Source: Stegostoma tigrinum (taxonomy: Eukaryota). From it: DNA of 64,000 nt. Shown here one piece after another: positions 61,831 through 64,000 of the stretch; the stretch's first letter is position 1, and each line of letters opens with the position of its first letter. Where the stretch lies: assembly GCF_030684315.1 (NCBI RefSeq), contig NC_081366.1, forward strand, positions 76,911,723 through 76,975,722, in the 5' to 3' direction. The position numbers were made by a program, and so were the translations under genes. The notes beneath the pieces were generated by a model. That model was not told the DNA's origin and made no database searches. It worked only from the letters and a program-made list of their open reading frames with translations.

Positions 61831-62029
61831 TCCTTCTTTATCCATGATAGGGTCCCATGCATATCCCTCTTCCATTCCTGATCTCTAAGCTTCTTCTTGA
61901 TCTACAGCTGCAGGATTAACTTCTACACACATCCGGAGAAAAATCACCACCTCCCCGCTGTCACACTGATTCAAAAACCATTGCGGAGTCTCACAAGTGC
62001 TCCTGTGAAACCAAACCATCAGAGCTTAC

Positions 62030-63195
62030 AAACAAGAACAAGTTGCTGGAAAAGTTCAGCAGGTCTGGCAGCATCTGTGAAAAGAACTCAGTTATTGGTT
62101 TTTATGCAGAAGATAGGATGAGGGAGTAAACAATAGGTGGGGATAGACAAAGGAGTGGATAACCAGCAGGCAGGGTGGGTGAATAGCTATTAACGGAGAC
62201 AAAAACAAAGTTGCTGGAGAATCTTAGCAGGTCTGGCAGCTTCTGTGAATGTAAAAACAGAGTTAATGTTTCAGGTCCGGTGACCCTTCCTCAGACCTGA
62301 TGGTGGCTGGGAAAACGTCAGTTTATATGCAGAAAATAGGGAGGTGGGTGGGAGAGGGAGTAAACAATAGGATAGAGCCTAAAGAGAGAGAAAGACAGTT
62401 GGACAGATAAAGGAGTTGCTAACGATCAGGCTGGGAGGGTGAATAGTTGTTAACGGGGACTGTTAGTGACTAACAACAGGGGGCGTGTAATGGCAGGCAT
62501 GTGGTAACAAGTCCTGGTGTGTGGGGTGGGGGGAGCTGGGACATGGGAGAGTTTAGGCCCGAAAATTATTGAACTCAATATTGAGCCCGGAGGGCTGTAG
62601 GGTCCCCGAGCGGAAAATGAGGTGTTGTTCCTCCAGCTTGCGCTGGGCTTCACTGGAACACTGTAACAAGCCAGAGACAGAGATGTTGGCCAGGGAGCAG
62701 GGTGGTGCATTGAAGTGGCAGGCAACGGGTAGTTCAGGGTCTTTTTTGCGAGCAGAACAGATGTTCTGTGAAGCGGTCACCAGATCTACGCTTCAATCTC
62801 CCAATGTAGGGGAGACCACATTGCGAGCAGCGAATGTAGTAGATTAGATTCTGGGAAGTGCAGGTGAAGTGCTGCTTCACCTGGAAGGTATGTTTGGGAT
62901 CGTGGATACTGGGGATGGAGGAGGTAAATGGGCAGGTGTTGCACCTTTGCCAGTTACAGGGGAAGGCCCCATAGGACTGTGGGGAGGTGGTGGGAGTGAA
63001 GGGAGTGTGGACCAGGGTGTGCCAGAGGGAATGGTCCCTGAGGAAGGTGCACAAGGGAGGCGAGTGGAATATGTGTCTGGTGGTTTGTCACTTACATAAA
63101 TAACTTGAATGGGAGTATGTGTCTGGTGGTGGTTATTAACGTGGAGTGTTAGTGGCTAACAATGGGTTGTGTGTAATACCAGGCATTGTTATAAC
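62030..63195 (-). mobile_element. Penelope-like element fragment (second family)
   Basis: Encodes FTCTSQNLIYYIRCSQCGLPYIG.LKRR and DPELPVACHF...LEEQHLIFR.GTLQPSGLNIEF (GIY-YIG). Confidence 0.8.
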
Positions 63196-63197
63196 AA

Positions 63198-64000
63198 GAT
63201 AATAAAATGAGGCTGGATGAACACAGCAGGCCCAGCAGCATCTCAGGAGCACAAAAGCTGACGTTTCGGGCCTAGACCCTTCATCAGAGAGGGGGATGGG
63301 GGGAGGGAACTGGAATAAATAGGGAGAGAGGGGGAAGCGGACCGAAGATGGAAAGAAAAGAAGATAGGTGGAGAGTATAGGTGGGGAGGTAGGGAGGGGA
63401 TAGGTCTGTCCAGGGAAGACGGACAGGTCAAGGAGGTGGGATGGGGTTAGTAGGTAGGAGATGGAAGTGCGACTTGGGGTGGGAGGAAGGGATGGGTGAG
63501 AGGAAGAACAGGTTAGGGAGGCAGAGACAGATTGGACTGGTCTTGGGATGCAGTGGGTAGAGGGCAAGAGCTGGGCTGGTTGTGTGGTGCAGTGGGGGGA
63601 GGGGACGAACTGGGCTGGTTTTGGGATGCGGTGGGGGAAGGGGAGATTTTGAAGCTGGTGAAGTCCACATTGATACCATTGGGCTGCAGGGCTCCCAAGC
63701 GGAATATGAGTTGCTGTTCCTCCAACCTTCGGGTGGCATCATTGTGGCACTGCAGGAGGCCCATGATGGACATGTCATCTAAAGAATGGGAGGGGGAGTG
63801 GAAATGGTTTGCGACTGGGAGGTGCAGTTGTTTATTGCGAACCGAGCGGAGGTGTTCTGCAAAGCGGTCCCCAAGCCTCCGCTTGGTTTCCCCAATGTAG
63901 AGGAAGCCACACCGGGTACAGTGGATGCAGTATACCACATTGGCAGATGTGCAGGTGAACCTCTGCTTAATGTGGAAAGTCATCTTGGGGCCTGGGATAG
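63198..64000 (-). mobile_element. Penelope-like element of the same family as 647-2643, running off the window
   Basis: Nearly identical to 647-1450; GIY-YIG ORF 63513-63983; hammerhead core at about 63257-63290. Confidence 0.9.

Overview
Vertebrate genomic DNA, most likely a shark (judged from HE1/V-SINE-type SINEs, dense CR1 LINEs and Penelope-like elements). It holds two convergent, spliced protein-coding genes among dense repeats. (1) On the + strand are the last four coding exons (5264-5539, 6646-6795, 8141-8413, 11664-12038) of a CYP26-family retinoic-acid hydroxylase. They splice in frame with all P450 motifs intact, but the protein looks divergent from both CYP26B1 and CYP26C1. (2) On the - strand is an antigen-receptor-like gene with no sign of rearrangement: leader (57629-57587), 90-bp intron, a single germline-joined V+J exon (57496-57146, J-like 'WCACGTTLKV'), two Ig-heavy-chain-like C1 exons (53814-53491, 50083-49748), an uncharged TM exon (45246-45112) and a probable Tyr-motif tail ending '...SESDDPVYSV*' (41169-41104). 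This is the best candidate for an undescribed system. The repeats add several further observations: minimal hammerhead ribozyme motifs in Penelope termini, palindromic mini-Penelope insertions with target-site duplications, a 214-bp local templated insertion that splits a hammerhead, a roughly 46-copy minisatellite born inside a SINE, and three more minisatellites. All comparisons to known proteins are from recalled family motifs, not database searches.
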